From NCBI GenBank assembly GCA_946965045.2, contig OX337234.1, positions 868,001-932,000 on the forward strand: DNA of 64,000 nt, written 5' to 3'. Origin of the DNA: Epithemia pelagica (taxonomy: Eukaryota; Protista; Bacillariophyta). The notes under the pieces were generated by a model that saw only the letters and a program-made list of their open reading frames with translations, was not told the DNA's origin and did no database searches. The translations under genes were made by a program, and so were the position numbers. Of this stretch, positions 10,511 to 21,360 are shown piece by piece; the stretch's first letter is position 1, and every line of letters begins with the position of its first letter.

Positions 10511-11170
10511 TGCAGCAAATGAGTCTCTATGGTGGGAGACGGTGGGAATGAGATGATGTTGGCACGAGTTGCAAAATATCCATCGCATGACGGTCGGTCG
10601 TCATGTAATGCAGCAGATGAGTCTTTACGGTGGGAGACGTTGGAAATGAGATGATGTTTGCACGAGTTGCAAAATATCCATCGCGTTTCTCTCGTTCCTT
10701 GCCGTATAGACGTATTTGTTGAATCGATCGTCGAAGGTCACTGTTCGTTTCTCGGCGTCGATCGTCATCTGTCATTTGCGGAAACCCAGTCGGTCGTCAT
10801 GTAATGCAGTAGATGAGTCTTTACGGTGGGAGACGTGGGAATGAGATGATGTTTGCAACACATCCATCGCGTTTCATTCGTTTCCTCCTGTATAGACGTA
10901 ATTGTTGAATCGCTCGTCGAGGGTCACGTTCCGTTTCTCGGCGTCGATCGTCATCTGTCATTTGCGGAAATCCAGTCGGTCAACATGCAATGCAGCAGAT
11001 GAGTCTTTACGGTGGGAGACGAGATGATGTTGGCACGAGTTTCAAACTATCCATCGCGTTTTCATGGTCTTTGGCCGTAGAGGCTTCTATTATTTGTTGA
11101 ATGGGACGGCAAAGGTCACGTTTCGTTTCTCGGTGTCGATCGTTTGCTCCAATTCTGTCGGTCGACATGA
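10511..11170. repeat. Degenerate tandem array of 4 units (about 98, 196, 186 and 180 bp)
   Basis: Units start TGCAG(C/T)A(G/A)ATGAGTCT at 10511, 10609, 10805 and 10991 and share GGTGGGAGACG and ATCCATCGC; the three long units also share TTTCTCGG(C/T)GTCGATCGT. Confidence 0.9.
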
Positions 11171-12016
11171 ACAGGTGAGTTGCTGTTCTGTCCTCCATCA
11201 CTTGATGTGATCACGTTCTTCTTACGATTGTTCCTGCTTGGTTACTTCTCACCTCTATACTCCTCAGAAGATGCTTTTTTTTTAATCGTGGTGTTTTGGT
11301 GGCCCACACGGTGATACAAACATTGATTCTAGGTAGTATAGTAACATCCATCATCCTGCTCCAACCTCGGATCACTGTCCCATCATACAGCAGCGTCTGG
11401 AATTTGCAACTTTTGTAGTCGAGAACCGTTTGAGTTGTGGTGCGCCTATTTTGTAGGTCCGAATCCACGTGGACCAACGAACCGTGAGAAGAGTCTCGTA
11501 GATTGGAACGATCGAATGGTCCAGGTCACACTGTTTGGGTTTGGTGGTGTTTGTGATTTTCTGAGCCACAGTGCGGATACATCCAATCCATTCTGACGAC
11601 CAAAGCCTTCCAATCCAGGCGCCGTTGGTGACATGTGCACCACCACCAACGGACCTCCGTACCCCCTAGCGGGGGTGAGTCATGAGGATTAGTGAACCAG
11701 ATCTGGTGAGCATTCTCTATCTCACCCAAGGCGCGACCTTCAAAAATTGGCGATTTCCCAGTCCTGACACAAACACCAAACAACCACCACACACACACTA
11801 CGGAGCAAATCTGGTTGTCGTCATATCGTCACCAAAGCACCTTTGCACCTCCTTCCAAGACGTCAGCACCATTCCTCTTCCCTCTCAAGAACCTACGACG
11901 ACGGCAGTTGCACCGGGAAACCCTCAAAGCGTCCGCAGTAACACGCCAAGTACCACCCCACTTCCCATCTACCATACCAACACAGAAAGCAATCGTTTCA
12001 TTCTTCCAACAAAGCT

Positions 12017-13291
12017 ATGGCGTCGTACCAAAGGTCCCCAAGTGTTGCTGGCTATGCCTCCGAGCCACCCGAAGCCATTGAGTTGCTGGAAACTGCTATC
12101 AACAAGGGCTTTTTGCATTGGCACGGCAAAACTGCCCACCAATGGCAAGTCGATACATGTAAAGCCCTTCTACACCGCCACACTGCCCCTGCCCCCATTC
12201 GTTCGCCTACTTTGCGTCCTCTCCTCCTTGTACGTTCTACCGGAGGTGGGAAATCCTCCGTCCGCGATGTATGTGGTTTCCTTTGTGGCGGCATTACCGT
12301 GACAATTGTCCCATTACTAAGCTTGTCGGCCGATCAAACCGCCAAGCTTATTGAAGTATGCACCAAGCAATATCTGCACAGCCGCGTCCATGTGTTTAAT
12401 CTTGACGTGCTGCGTTCCCCTGACGTCAATATAACACTACAGTCTGCACTCGAGCGACTTTCCAACAATCAATCAAACAAAAAAAGAGTCCTACTATTTT
12501 CTTCCCCACAGAAAATAGCCAACGACCGGTCTTGGCAACGAACTCTTACCAAGTGTGCATCCAAGGGCGCTCTCCGCTTTGTTGCAATCGACGAGTGCCA
12601 CTTGTACGCTGGCCACGGTGTCGAATTTAGGCAAGAGTTTGGCGAACTGAAAGCGGCTTTCCTTGACAAACTGGAAACGCATTCTCCAATTCCCATTCCC
12701 ATTCTCTTTATGACGGCTACTGCCTCCCTGTCTATGGTCAAGGATCTTGAGTTTCTCACTGACCTCTCCTTTGATCGAACAAAGGACTTTGTCTGGCCCC
12801 ACCAGCATTCCGGAGTCCATCGCCGGAACATCATGATTGACTTGACTTTCAGAGACTCTCCTCTTCGTCGAGTTAAGTCGGACCTGGTACGCATCTCTCG
12901 GGTCCCCGGAAACCGTAAAATGATTGTTTATTCGAATTCGAGAAAGGCCATAATGCATTTGTATGAGCAAAGTCGGCAGGAGCTAAACCGTCGTGGAATC
13001 CACAAAGACATTGTTGTGGTCCACGGCAACATGTACAAAGAGCAGAAGTTTCACAACACCGAACTTTTTGCTGGACCGCCGTTGGTAGATGAGTGTCCTA
13101 CTACAAGAAGGCTCCTACGCTTCGACCCAGTAGCCTACTACGCCACTGCCGCAACAACAAGTGCGGGGCTGGATTGCCACGAAGTGGACCGGGTTCTATT
13201 CCATGGATTCCCTCCTACAATTGAAGACCTCCTACAATGCTCCGGTCGATGTGGACGAGCTCCTGAATCGGAGTTGTCGACGCATTGTTAG
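12017..13291 (+). CDS. RecQ-like SF2 helicase core (424 aa)
   Basis: Motifs I TGGGKS, Ia VPLLSLSADQ, II DECH, III MTAT, IV IVYSNSR, V TSAGLD and VI QCSGRCGR. Ends right after motif VI (no RQC/HRDC). Confidence 0.9.
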   Translation: MASYQRSPSVAGYASEPPEAIELLETAINKGFLHWHGKTAHQWQVDTCKALLHRHTAPAPIRSPTLRPLLLVRSTGGGKSSVRDVCGFLCGGITVTIVPLLSLSADQTAKLIEVCTKQYLHSRVHVFNLDVLRSPDVNITLQSALERLSNNQSNKKRVLLFSSPQKIANDRSWQRTLTKCASKGALRFVAIDECHLYAGHGVEFRQEFGELKAAFLDKLETHSPIPIPILFMTATASLSMVKDLEFLTDLSFDRTKDFVWPHQHSGVHRRNIMIDLTFRDSPLRRVKSDLVRISRVPGNRKMIVYSNSRKAIMHLYEQSRQELNRRGIHKDIVVVHGNMYKEQKFHNTELFAGPPLVDECPTTRRLLRFDPVAYYATAATTSAGLDCHEVDRVLFHGFPPTIEDLLQCSGRCGRAPESELSTHC

Positions 13292-14339
13292 ACTCGGGAG
13301 TCTGTTGGGTTGTATCTGACGATTCCGCATGTTTCCGTTTGTTCGTTGTTTTGTTCGTGAAGCGTCGTTGTTTGGAGGTGCCGGTGGGCGACCGAGATAC
13401 ACCAGCTGTGTAATTTTTTGCCCGTCGCATCATTCCGGAACAATAGTTGGCCACCAGCGTCAGCGAAGACTTTTTGGATGCCTCAAGGGTCGGGGTAATC
13501 AAAACCAGGGGTGTGTTTGCTGACGCAGCAGGCCCTGGGTTTTTGCATGGCAATGGAGGGACCCGACGGAGAGGGACTAGATACGAACCTTCACGAACTT
13601 TGGTTACTTTCCCTTTGAAGAGGTTAGGGTATTGTTGGTCCTGGTTGGTGGAAGATGCTGCAGGAGGAGGATCTTTCGGTGGACCTTTCTTTGGTGGGGC
13701 TTTCTTTGGTGGAGCTGTTGTCGTAGGGACTTTTGTCAGATGGAGGGTCGGTGCCGCAGCTGTTGTGGTATCCGGAGGGGAAGGTGAAGGGTCCTCACCA
13801 TTGGATGCCTCAGCAGGGACTGTTCGCTCCATAGCAGCAAGCAATTTCAGAGCCTTTTGAGGGGACGATTGGGTCCCAAACTGGATTTGCCCAACTGAAT
13901 CCCGATTGTGCCAAAGGTCAATGAACAGTGGTTGGGCTCTGTCGTTGGTAGAAGGATTGGATTCGTTGGATTGATTGGATGGATGCGGGGTTGGTTCGGG
14001 GCGTGGCCGAGGAGGAGGAGCAGAGGCATTACTTGTGGTTGTGGATAAGTCACTTGTACCTGCAGTTGGAACCATCGTACTAACCATCGTACTGTGTGAA
14101 TCCACGGTTGCTTTCGCATGAGGTGTGATGAAGGGAGGGACCGGAGTAGGCTGAACGGCATCAGATTGGCCATCAGAGACATTCGTTCTCGATGAAGCGA
14201 GAGATTCCATTCCGGCGATATAGACGCTTGATTCTTGTTTTGCTTCGGAGGCATGGCGATCCACTGTGCCCCGAGAAGCATAGGCCTTCCTAATGTCTTG
14301 CTGGGAACTGCGATGGCGTTTGTGCGAAGAAGAAGACAT
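13215..14339 (-). CDS. Element ORF-A (MSSSSHKRH..., low complexity, unknown function)
   Basis: Homologous N-terminus to 4031-4480; overlaps the helicase 3' end by 77 bp. Confidence 0.5.
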   Translation of the reverse strand: MSSSSHKRHRSSQQDIRKAYASRGTVDRHASEAKQESSVYIAGMESLASSRTNVSDGQSDAVQPTPVPPFITPHAKATVDSHSTMVSTMVPTAGTSDLSTTTSNASAPPPRPRPEPTPHPSNQSNESNPSTNDRAQPLFIDLWHNRDSVGQIQFGTQSSPQKALKLLAAMERTVPAEASNGEDPSPSPPDTTTAAAPTLHLTKVPTTTAPPKKAPPKKGPPKDPPPAASSTNQDQQYPNLFKGKVTKVREGSYLVPLRRVPPLPCKNPGPAASANTPLVLITPTLEASKKSSLTLVANYCSGMMRRAKNYTAGVSRSPTGTSKQRRFTNKTTNKRKHAESSDTTQQTPESNNASTTPIQELVHIDRSIVGGLQL

Positions 14340-14881
14340 TGTAGGGACAGTAAGCACGGCTCCGTACCTCCATTGCCGCGATGAATGCAGTTGGTGGTTT
14401 GGAGGTTTGTGTCAGTACTGGGAGCGCAGAGGTCGCGCCTTGGGGGTGAGTAAGAGTTTGCACACCAAAAGCACGACACATATGCGACCCGACAACTCAC
14501 CCCCGCTGGGGGGTAGGACCTCCGGTACGGTCGATTCCGAGATGACCGCCTTGACTAGTTTCCGCAAGAAACGATTGCTAGGTAGGCCAAATCATGTAGG
14601 AGTACAATTGTAGAACGCAACTACTCTAGACGGATTGCCGTAACTGACTCATCCTAGTGGCAAAGCGAAAAAAGGAGGAAACAATCGGACTGTTCTTTGC
14701 CTTTGTGTCCTTGGGCCCATGGGATCCAACAGTGTGTCCTCCCTGTAGTCGTAGAGAGTGTCTGGAAATCCTGACACCCACCCACGTAGAGCAGACGGTA
14801 TAACACAACATGCCTGTTTGCTTGGGTCCCAGAGCATGGGGCCCACCGTGTTGTGACTGGTAGCTGGCTAGAGGTGTTCTT

Positions 14882-15785
14882 CTAGAGAGGTGGTTGTTTG
14901 TGTTGTGGTGGTGATCCAAACTCAGTGTTGTGTGTGGGGGCGGTGCTACTGGCACTGTGGTGGTTACTGTTGGTTGGGTTCGTTCCTGGCACCGTCCTGG
15001 TTTGGTTCGTCGGTCGTGTGTCCTTTTGGGTGGCCGTGCGAGTTGTCGTAGGTGGTGGTTTCGTCTCCTCGTTTGAGTGGTTGCTGGTAGGCTCCTCCTG
15101 CAATGTCGTCCTTGTCGTCGGTTCCAGTAGTAACGTGCTGCTGCTGCTGCTGCTAGTATTATTGGAGGAAGATTTCCACCAATAGGGTGGAGCCTGCCGC
15201 AAGGCTTGATGAATGGCGTGATAGGAGGTGACCATGGTTTCCAAGGATGGATTGGTTTTTCGAAATTTGCCCTTGCGATTCCCCCGCAAGGCAATGGATT
15301 GACCACATCCCGCCACTGTTAAATGTATGTCATGGATTGGGCCAGAGACGGCCAACATCCCAAAAACACAAGCAAGCAAGCATGTGAGCGACTACCAGGA
15401 GAGAAGTCATATCCAATATCATTGGATATCCCCATCGACCCACCCACACCGACACACACTCTCGGTACATACCCGGACAACTCCAATGATGGCAGGCGTA
15501 GTCGTCAATGCAGGTTTCACAAAAACTGTGGGCACAGGCCGCCAAGGTTTGGGGATGATGCAAGAGACCGTGACAGAGGGGACACACCAAGGCTTGGGCC
15601 ACTGCGGCCATACTGGTGCGCATGGAATCCGTCAGGGACGACGGTGCCAATTCGGCAGTATGCCAACCAGCCGTAGTAGGATCAGGATCATCAGGATGAC
15701 GGAGTTTATCCAACCCTGACGTTGACGAAGATGACGACGACGAAGCCGATGGTTTGCGTTTCTTGGGATTGACGGGAAGAACCAT
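14882..15785 (-). CDS. RING-finger protein (BRCA1/BARD1-like N-terminal RING); 2 exons (15785-15473, 15315-14882)
   Basis: CPLC...CAHSFCETCI...CP|VAGC after removing the GT-AG intron at 15472-15316; low-complexity tail. Confidence 0.7.
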
Positions 15786-16216
15786 GCTGCGGTTGTTGCT
15801 TGTCGTCCTGGTCCTTGACCTTTGTCTTCGTCGTCTCTCGAATTCGAACTTCGAACCAAAAGTTCCATCCAACCGTGTCACATGTTTCTATGAGCGCAAG
15901 CGAGGTACATTCGCACGCCTGCATAGCATCCATCTTCAGCGCGGTGCACCCCTTTTCACCACCCCCCCCCAAAAACCTTTGGCATGAACGCCTTCACCCC
16001 CATTCGTTCTCATTCCAGAAACGACCATGAACGACGGCAAGGTGGTTAGAGGGTTGCCGCCGCCATTATTCTTGCGTGTCCCTGTACCGAATAGTTCTCT
16101 TCGTCCTACTACTTGCGTCCTTGAAAACCGTGAACAACCGTTCGTCTCTCGAATCTCCAACTCAAAAAGTGTCATTCTCGTCGTTCCACCAATCTGGACA
16201 CACTACACAACAGAAC

Positions 16217-19200
16217 ATGGATCCTCGTATCAACCACCACACGTTCCACAACGACCAGGACGAGAACGACCAACCACAACCAAAGGACAACAACAATGAC
16301 ATGGTGATCGAGTGGTTGAAACCCATTTGGACCGCCACCAATGACGAAGCACATGTCCAAGCCTTGCACCAAGTCCAAACTCGGTTGCAACGGCGATTTC
16401 ATTCCCAGAACCAATCGTCGCCACAAGAAGAAAAAGACGAAAAAGAAGAACAATGCTTGTGGATCCAAGGCTTGTTGTGGTATACCGTCACGACGACCCC
16501 TCGGGCCACCCGTGCCTTGTGTCGGGCCGTGCTCTGGTCCTGTACCCACGGATCCACCTTGCTGGAGTGTCTCGTCGATTCCATTGGGTACTTGTCGTCG
16601 TCGTCGTCGTCGTCCAACCAACCAACGGCACAACCAACGCACCCCTTGACAACCTGGTCCGTCGGCGGGTCGTCACCACCACCACCCGTGTCTCCCACGG
16701 CCCTGTCCAATGCCTGGTCCCTCCTGTCCCACGTATTGCTCGGTTCCGTTCCAGAAGAAGAAGAAGAAGAAGGACGAGGAGGACTGGTAGAACCACGCAA
16801 CGACAAGTGGCCCGACTATCTCCACACCATTTTTCAAAAGGGTCTGGCCCATGCCTTGTGGCTCGAACAAACACCACAACAATCACCACAGTCCTTGCCG
16901 GAATCGGACACAACTCACAACCACAATGACGACCTCAACAACAACAAGAATCCCCATCCATCACCTCGTGTTCCGCAATCCTGGTGCTGCAACGAGTGGA
17001 TGGAACGCTTGTGGCGTCTTTCCACGCGGGTGGGGGGTGGCGATGCCCATCCATTAGGGGACTGGCACACACCCAACCACCATTCGCCGGATTGGCACCA
17101 CAGCCCCGAATACTTTCGGACGGCTGTGGCGTATCACGCGACGCGACACGTCTGGAAGGAATGTGTTTCCTCGCATTCTATTACTACAACCACAACCACA
17201 ACTCTGCCATCTCCCACGGTGCAGTGGTGGATGGCTTGGATCCAGTATTGGATGCATCGACAACCCCAGTACGCATCGCACGCCATTGTGAATGGTTGGA
17301 TGCGTGTGGTCGTACTCGGAGTAGGAGTATCGAGGAACAAAGAAGAAAAAGAAAAAGATGGCAGCGTTCCTCCTCGTGGGGCCTCCTCGTTTGAGAACCA
17401 GGCCTTGCATCCCTTGGCACAGCAGGCAGTCCCTCGTCATTTGGCCTTGTTGTCGACGGCTCTGATTCATTGGTGCTTGAGGAGAACCAATGAGACTCCA
17501 TCATCATCGTCTTGTTCTACCAGTATCGTCTTTCGTTGGATCCGTCACTTGTCGTGGCACTCGTCTTCCACGGTTCTCACAACCGTGGTGCGTCACTGTT
17601 TGTTTACGCACACCACCACCACCCTCACGACTGCTGGTATGCTAGTACCATCCACGACCACCAGGACCGTCTGTATGTCACAACAGTCATTGCAACACGA
17701 ACAACACGAACAAATGGGAATTTTCTTGGCCAATCTGTTGCAGGACATGCCACAGCCGAACGATACGAACCACCACAATCACACCAAAAACAAAGAGGAT
17801 CCCTCTTTCTTGTCATCATCTTCCTCTCAACGTGATGCCGTACTGGCCGATTCCTTGTGGAACGACGATACAACCACAACCAACGACGAGGCTACGTATT
17901 ACACGACACCTTTGTTGCAACACTTGCTCCAAGTGGCCACTGTCTGGGGATCCACCGTGTTTGTCCGACAAACCGATTCCACCTGGCAAACTCCCGTCAC
18001 ATTTTTTCTCGTTCAGGGCTTGACCTTGTTGGCCTCGACCCAGAAGGACTCGACTACGACTACGACTGCCTTGGATCCATCGCTCCATGATACCTTGGTG
18101 ACGGCACTCTTGCAAGGAACCACACTGCGGTTGCAATCGTCCTTGGCCCCCCTCCGTCTCGATGGGATGCGGGTGGGACAAGCCTTGGCCGCCTGCTTGG
18201 GACAAGCGGAATTGCACTTTGAGGAATTGGACCAATACAATCAACGACGACAACAAGAACCAGAAGAGCCAAACGAACCAGAACCGCCCGAGTCGGTCGT
18301 CGAGGAACCATCGGTCCAACCATCCGTTGACCGCGTGCCCTCATGGCGCCCGCGACCGCCGCCTCGACAACGACGACGAAAGAATAGGAAGCTACTACAA
18401 GATCCTGATGCCGAATATGTGAGTGAAGACGATGATTCGTCGGACTGTACTAGCAATGCATCGCACGAGTCGAATGACAGTGATGATGATTCCGTCTGGG
18501 AGGAATTGCCACAGCGCTATGATTTGGAGGATGACCAAGAGGATATTCGAGAAACGCCTCGTCCCTTGTATTTGCGAGATGCCTTGGAACTATTGCGCAC
18601 ACCCGAAACGGATGACCATGCCTGGAGTCACCATGAAACGGCACTGGAGGAATTGCCCTCTCTCATTCGACGAAACATGGCCGATTTGCCCGATGTCGCT
18701 GTCGATTTGGCGGTTCAAGTGTTGCATCAAGAAAACAAGTACGACATGACTGAATTTGGCGAACAGCAACAAGCATGCTTGATTGCATTGCTTGTCATGG
18801 AACCCTACACGGTTGGAATGGCCTTGATTACCGATGCATTTGGGAACTCGTGCGGATTGTCCACCCGACTACATGTGTTGGCGGCTCTGCAAACGGCCGC
18901 CCAAGAATTCGCTGGATGCCCCCAACCCTTGGAATTGGAATCCCCCCAACAGTCACCGCATCTCCTGGAAGAGGTCCAGGACCGCGTTCATGGCAAGCGA
19001 CATCTCATCACGACTACTAGGACAACAACCAATGCCAATTCCAAGGATTTCATGACAGGGGGCTCCGATACACACAACAACGAAACGACAAACCAAGAAC
19101 AAGCATTGGAGACCCTGGAACGCACACGTCGTTGGGGTCGAGGCCGTTGGGACTCCAATAAAACCATTGAGAAGCAGAATGTTGATGCTAAGAGCAATCG

Positions 19201-19720
19201 ATTTGGTCCGGTGGCACCCCATTGGTTCTATGCCTTATTGGGAAACTTTGTACAACGGCGAGAAGATGCCACCTTATGGGAGGGCACCTTGGGCGCTCAA
19301 TTTTTGTCCCATTTGCTCCTCACCATGAGTCTCATTCTCGACTTGGCCGGCCCTCTTGTCTTGAATAGTACCATGACAGTCACGACCATGGCACATGACT
19401 TGGCCAGTCTCGTGTGGGGATTTTGTTCGTCGGCCGAACTCCCCGAACTTCGTTCCGCCGCCTTGCAAGCAGTGGCCAGTTCGATTCACTGCATGCAGCG
19501 GTCGTCACCGTCGTCGGCCTCCAGGATCCTGGCCTTTATGCAACAACAGCAACAACAAGAGAATGTGTTGACCACTTTGCAGGCCATGGCCTCCCATGAT
19601 CCCGATCCACAGTGTCGAACCTTGGCTGTGGTGGTTGCCTCGCAAATTCATGACACCTTCCAACAGGCAGAACAGGGTGAATCGCTTCCACAGTCCGCAT
19701 CTCCCTTTTATCTCCCATAG
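16217..19720 (+). CDS. TELO2: Tel2/TELO2-like protein (TTT complex)
   Basis: Long intronless ORF containing LQGTTLRLQSSLAPLRLDGMRVGQALA and RPLYLRDALELL...ALEELPSLIRR...ENKYDMTEF (Telomere_reg-2-like), plus RFGPVAPHWFYALL. Confidence 0.8.
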   Translation: MDPRINHHTFHNDQDENDQPQPKDNNNDMVIEWLKPIWTATNDEAHVQALHQVQTRLQRRFHSQNQSSPQEEKDEKEEQCLWIQGLLWYTVTTTPRATRALCRAVLWSCTHGSTLLECLVDSIGYLSSSSSSSNQPTAQPTHPLTTWSVGGSSPPPPVSPTALSNAWSLLSHVLLGSVPEEEEEEGRGGLVEPRNDKWPDYLHTIFQKGLAHALWLEQTPQQSPQSLPESDTTHNHNDDLNNNKNPHPSPRVPQSWCCNEWMERLWRLSTRVGGGDAHPLGDWHTPNHHSPDWHHSPEYFRTAVAYHATRHVWKECVSSHSITTTTTTTLPSPTVQWWMAWIQYWMHRQPQYASHAIVNGWMRVVVLGVGVSRNKEEKEKDGSVPPRGASSFENQALHPLAQQAVPRHLALLSTALIHWCLRRTNETPSSSSCSTSIVFRWIRHLSWHSSSTVLTTVVRHCLFTHTTTTLTTAGMLVPSTTTRTVCMSQQSLQHEQHEQMGIFLANLLQDMPQPNDTNHHNHTKNKEDPSFLSSSSSQRDAVLADSLWNDDTTTTNDEATYYTTPLLQHLLQVATVWGSTVFVRQTDSTWQTPVTFFLVQGLTLLASTQKDSTTTTTALDPSLHDTLVTALLQGTTLRLQSSLAPLRLDGMRVGQALAACLGQAELHFEELDQYNQRRQQEPEEPNEPEPPESVVEEPSVQPSVDRVPSWRPRPPPRQRRRKNRKLLQDPDAEYVSEDDDSSDCTSNASHESNDSDDDSVWEELPQRYDLEDDQEDIRETPRPLYLRDALELLRTPETDDHAWSHHETALEELPSLIRRNMADLPDVAVDLAVQVLHQENKYDMTEFGEQQQACLIALLVMEPYTVGMALITDAFGNSCGLSTRLHVLAALQTAAQEFAGCPQPLELESPQQSPHLLEEVQDRVHGKRHLITTTRTTTNANSKDFMTGGSDTHNNETTNQEQALETLERTRRWGRGRWDSNKTIEKQNVDAKSNRFGPVAPHWFYALLGNFVQRREDATLWEGTLGAQFLSHLLLTMSLILDLAGPLVLNSTMTVTTMAHDLASLVWGFCSSAELPELRSAALQAVASSIHCMQRSSPSSASRILAFMQQQQQQENVLTTLQAMASHDPDPQCRTLAVVVASQIHDTFQQAEQGESLPQSASPFYLP

Positions 19721-19885
19721 CGCCTCTGTTCCTAGAGTAGAGAAGCAGTTGTATATAACATTTCATTTCTATAGTCGTATATATGGGTGGACATCAAAAT
19801 GGGACCGTCCATGGATGAGAAAAGGTTGGCGTGACCATCAATCATTTACAACCAAAACAACAAGTGTCGAATCCATATTCAGCGT

Positions 19886-21360
19886 TTAGTTCTTTTCGTT
19901 TTTCTGTCTTCTTTCTCCAAAACGAAAGAAACTGGTCCGTTTGGAAAGAAAGCCATCGGCATCAATGGACGGTTCTGGCGGTGGCGCCAGACCGACCGAT
20001 TCGAAACAAGAGGCATCATCCCCCTCATTATCATTATCATCACCAACATGGCCATCGTCCAGACCAGGCTTGTCCGGGTAGATGCTTTGTGCATTGGCCA
20101 TGAGACGCAAGGCCAAATCCTCTTCCAACCCAGCGACCATTACGTTCAGAACCAATTGGGCATTGTAGGCTCCCACGCGATTGGGTTGTCGCAATTCCTC
20201 TACAACTCCGAGGGTCAAGGACATGCCAAATATTAAAATGCCCAAATACCACGACTGGACTGTCAAAATACCCTCCCCTCCAATGGTTTGACTCCCTGCT
20301 CCCAAGAGCGGGAAGGTAAAGAGGACAATCCCAAACAAGGCCCATAACAAAGCCATGTGCAAATCCGGCAATTTTCGTTGCAAGGCACCCAGCCGATAGG
20401 CTCGAGCTTGACGCAAACTTTTTACCGTTTGGTAGACAATGGATGGTTCCCCGACACTGGTCAAATACAAAATGTCCTCCAAGGGGTCGTCCACCGGGCG
20501 GGCGGATATTAAGGCCGCCGACTCAAAATCGTTGAATTTGGTCAAATCGTCACGGACGTACCGATCAATGCACTGCAAGATTCGTTGATACAAGGCATCG
20601 CGACCCTGACACACCAATGCTACTTGTTCCAATAATGATTTTGCCATGGTAACCTCCTCAAACAGGGCAAGGTAGATTGCTTCTTGCTGTTGGTACATAA
20701 AATCTGGACATGTCGAAAACTGAAAGGTTGAGAAAGTCCATCTGAAAAAACAGCACAGAATTCGCTGATACCATCGATACAACGGGCACATGAGGGCAAG
20801 TACTTACAAAAGGTTTGTCCCACGAGCAATCCAAATACCAACCCAGATGTCGTGAGAATATTTTGAATATATTGTGAAGCATCTTGCGATACGACGGCAA
20901 ACACTCCTGCATCGTCAATAATGCCGGCCAATGTCATGCCAAGGGTAGGATACAATAGCTTCCCGACAGCTGCAAGTGCCAAAGAGGGCAAGCAAATGCG
21001 CAAGAGTGTAATGGTTTGTACGTAATCCATAACCCGGTTTTCTTCTAGGTTGACATTGACCAACGACAAGGCCATTTCTTCCCATATATTCGCCGGCTCC
21101 ACTGGCAAAAAGTGTTTGGCTTGATACTGATTGTGCAATTCATTGGCCATGGACAACAACGATGGCTGCCTCCGTGCCTGCTGTGGAACTGTGCTTGTCC
21201 ATCGTCGTTGCCTTGACCGCGACAATGGTCGCACGGATATTGGCGCCGTTCGAATCGATGGACTCCCTTCAAAGGCGGCCGCAAAGGCAGTACTTTTTGT
21301 CACAATAAGAAGACAAACAAGCTGATGAAAACGCCTCATGAAAAATTGAATTGATCTCAT
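19886..21360 (-). CDS. DUF4239/bestrophin-like membrane protein, probably plastid-targeted; 2 exons (21360-20809, 20703-19886)
   Basis: Signal peptide plus STAF/AAF motif. Intron 20808-20704 joins GQTF-YFMYQQQEAIYLALFEE. Several TM segments. Confidence 0.7.

Larger units (their letters stand above)
11660..14515. mobile_element. AcademH-like (RecQ-helicase-carrying) non-autonomous DNA transposon with a 9-bp TSD
   Basis: TSD GGACCTCCG at 11651-11659 and 14516-14524. 21-bp TIR TACCCCCTAGCGGGGGTGAGT / ACTCACCCCCGCTGGGGGGTA (1 mismatch). Further IR pairs at 11721-11739/14430-14450 and 11757-11774/14405-14422. Two convergent ORFs; no transposase seen. Confidence 0.85.

Noticed and set aside
10511-11170. 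CRISPR-like array
   Set aside because: Whole units are homologous with no unique spacers, there are no cas genes, and the context is eukaryotic.
11660-11680. Outward-facing ends of two separate neighbouring elements at 11680 and 14495
   Set aside because: The shared flanking 9-bp direct repeat shows they are the two TIRs of one element.
3921-14515. RAG/Transib relationship suggested by convergent ORFs and asymmetric bipartite repeats
   Set aside because: No RAG1- or RAG2-like sequence, and the TSD is 9 bp rather than 5 bp; kept only as an analogy.
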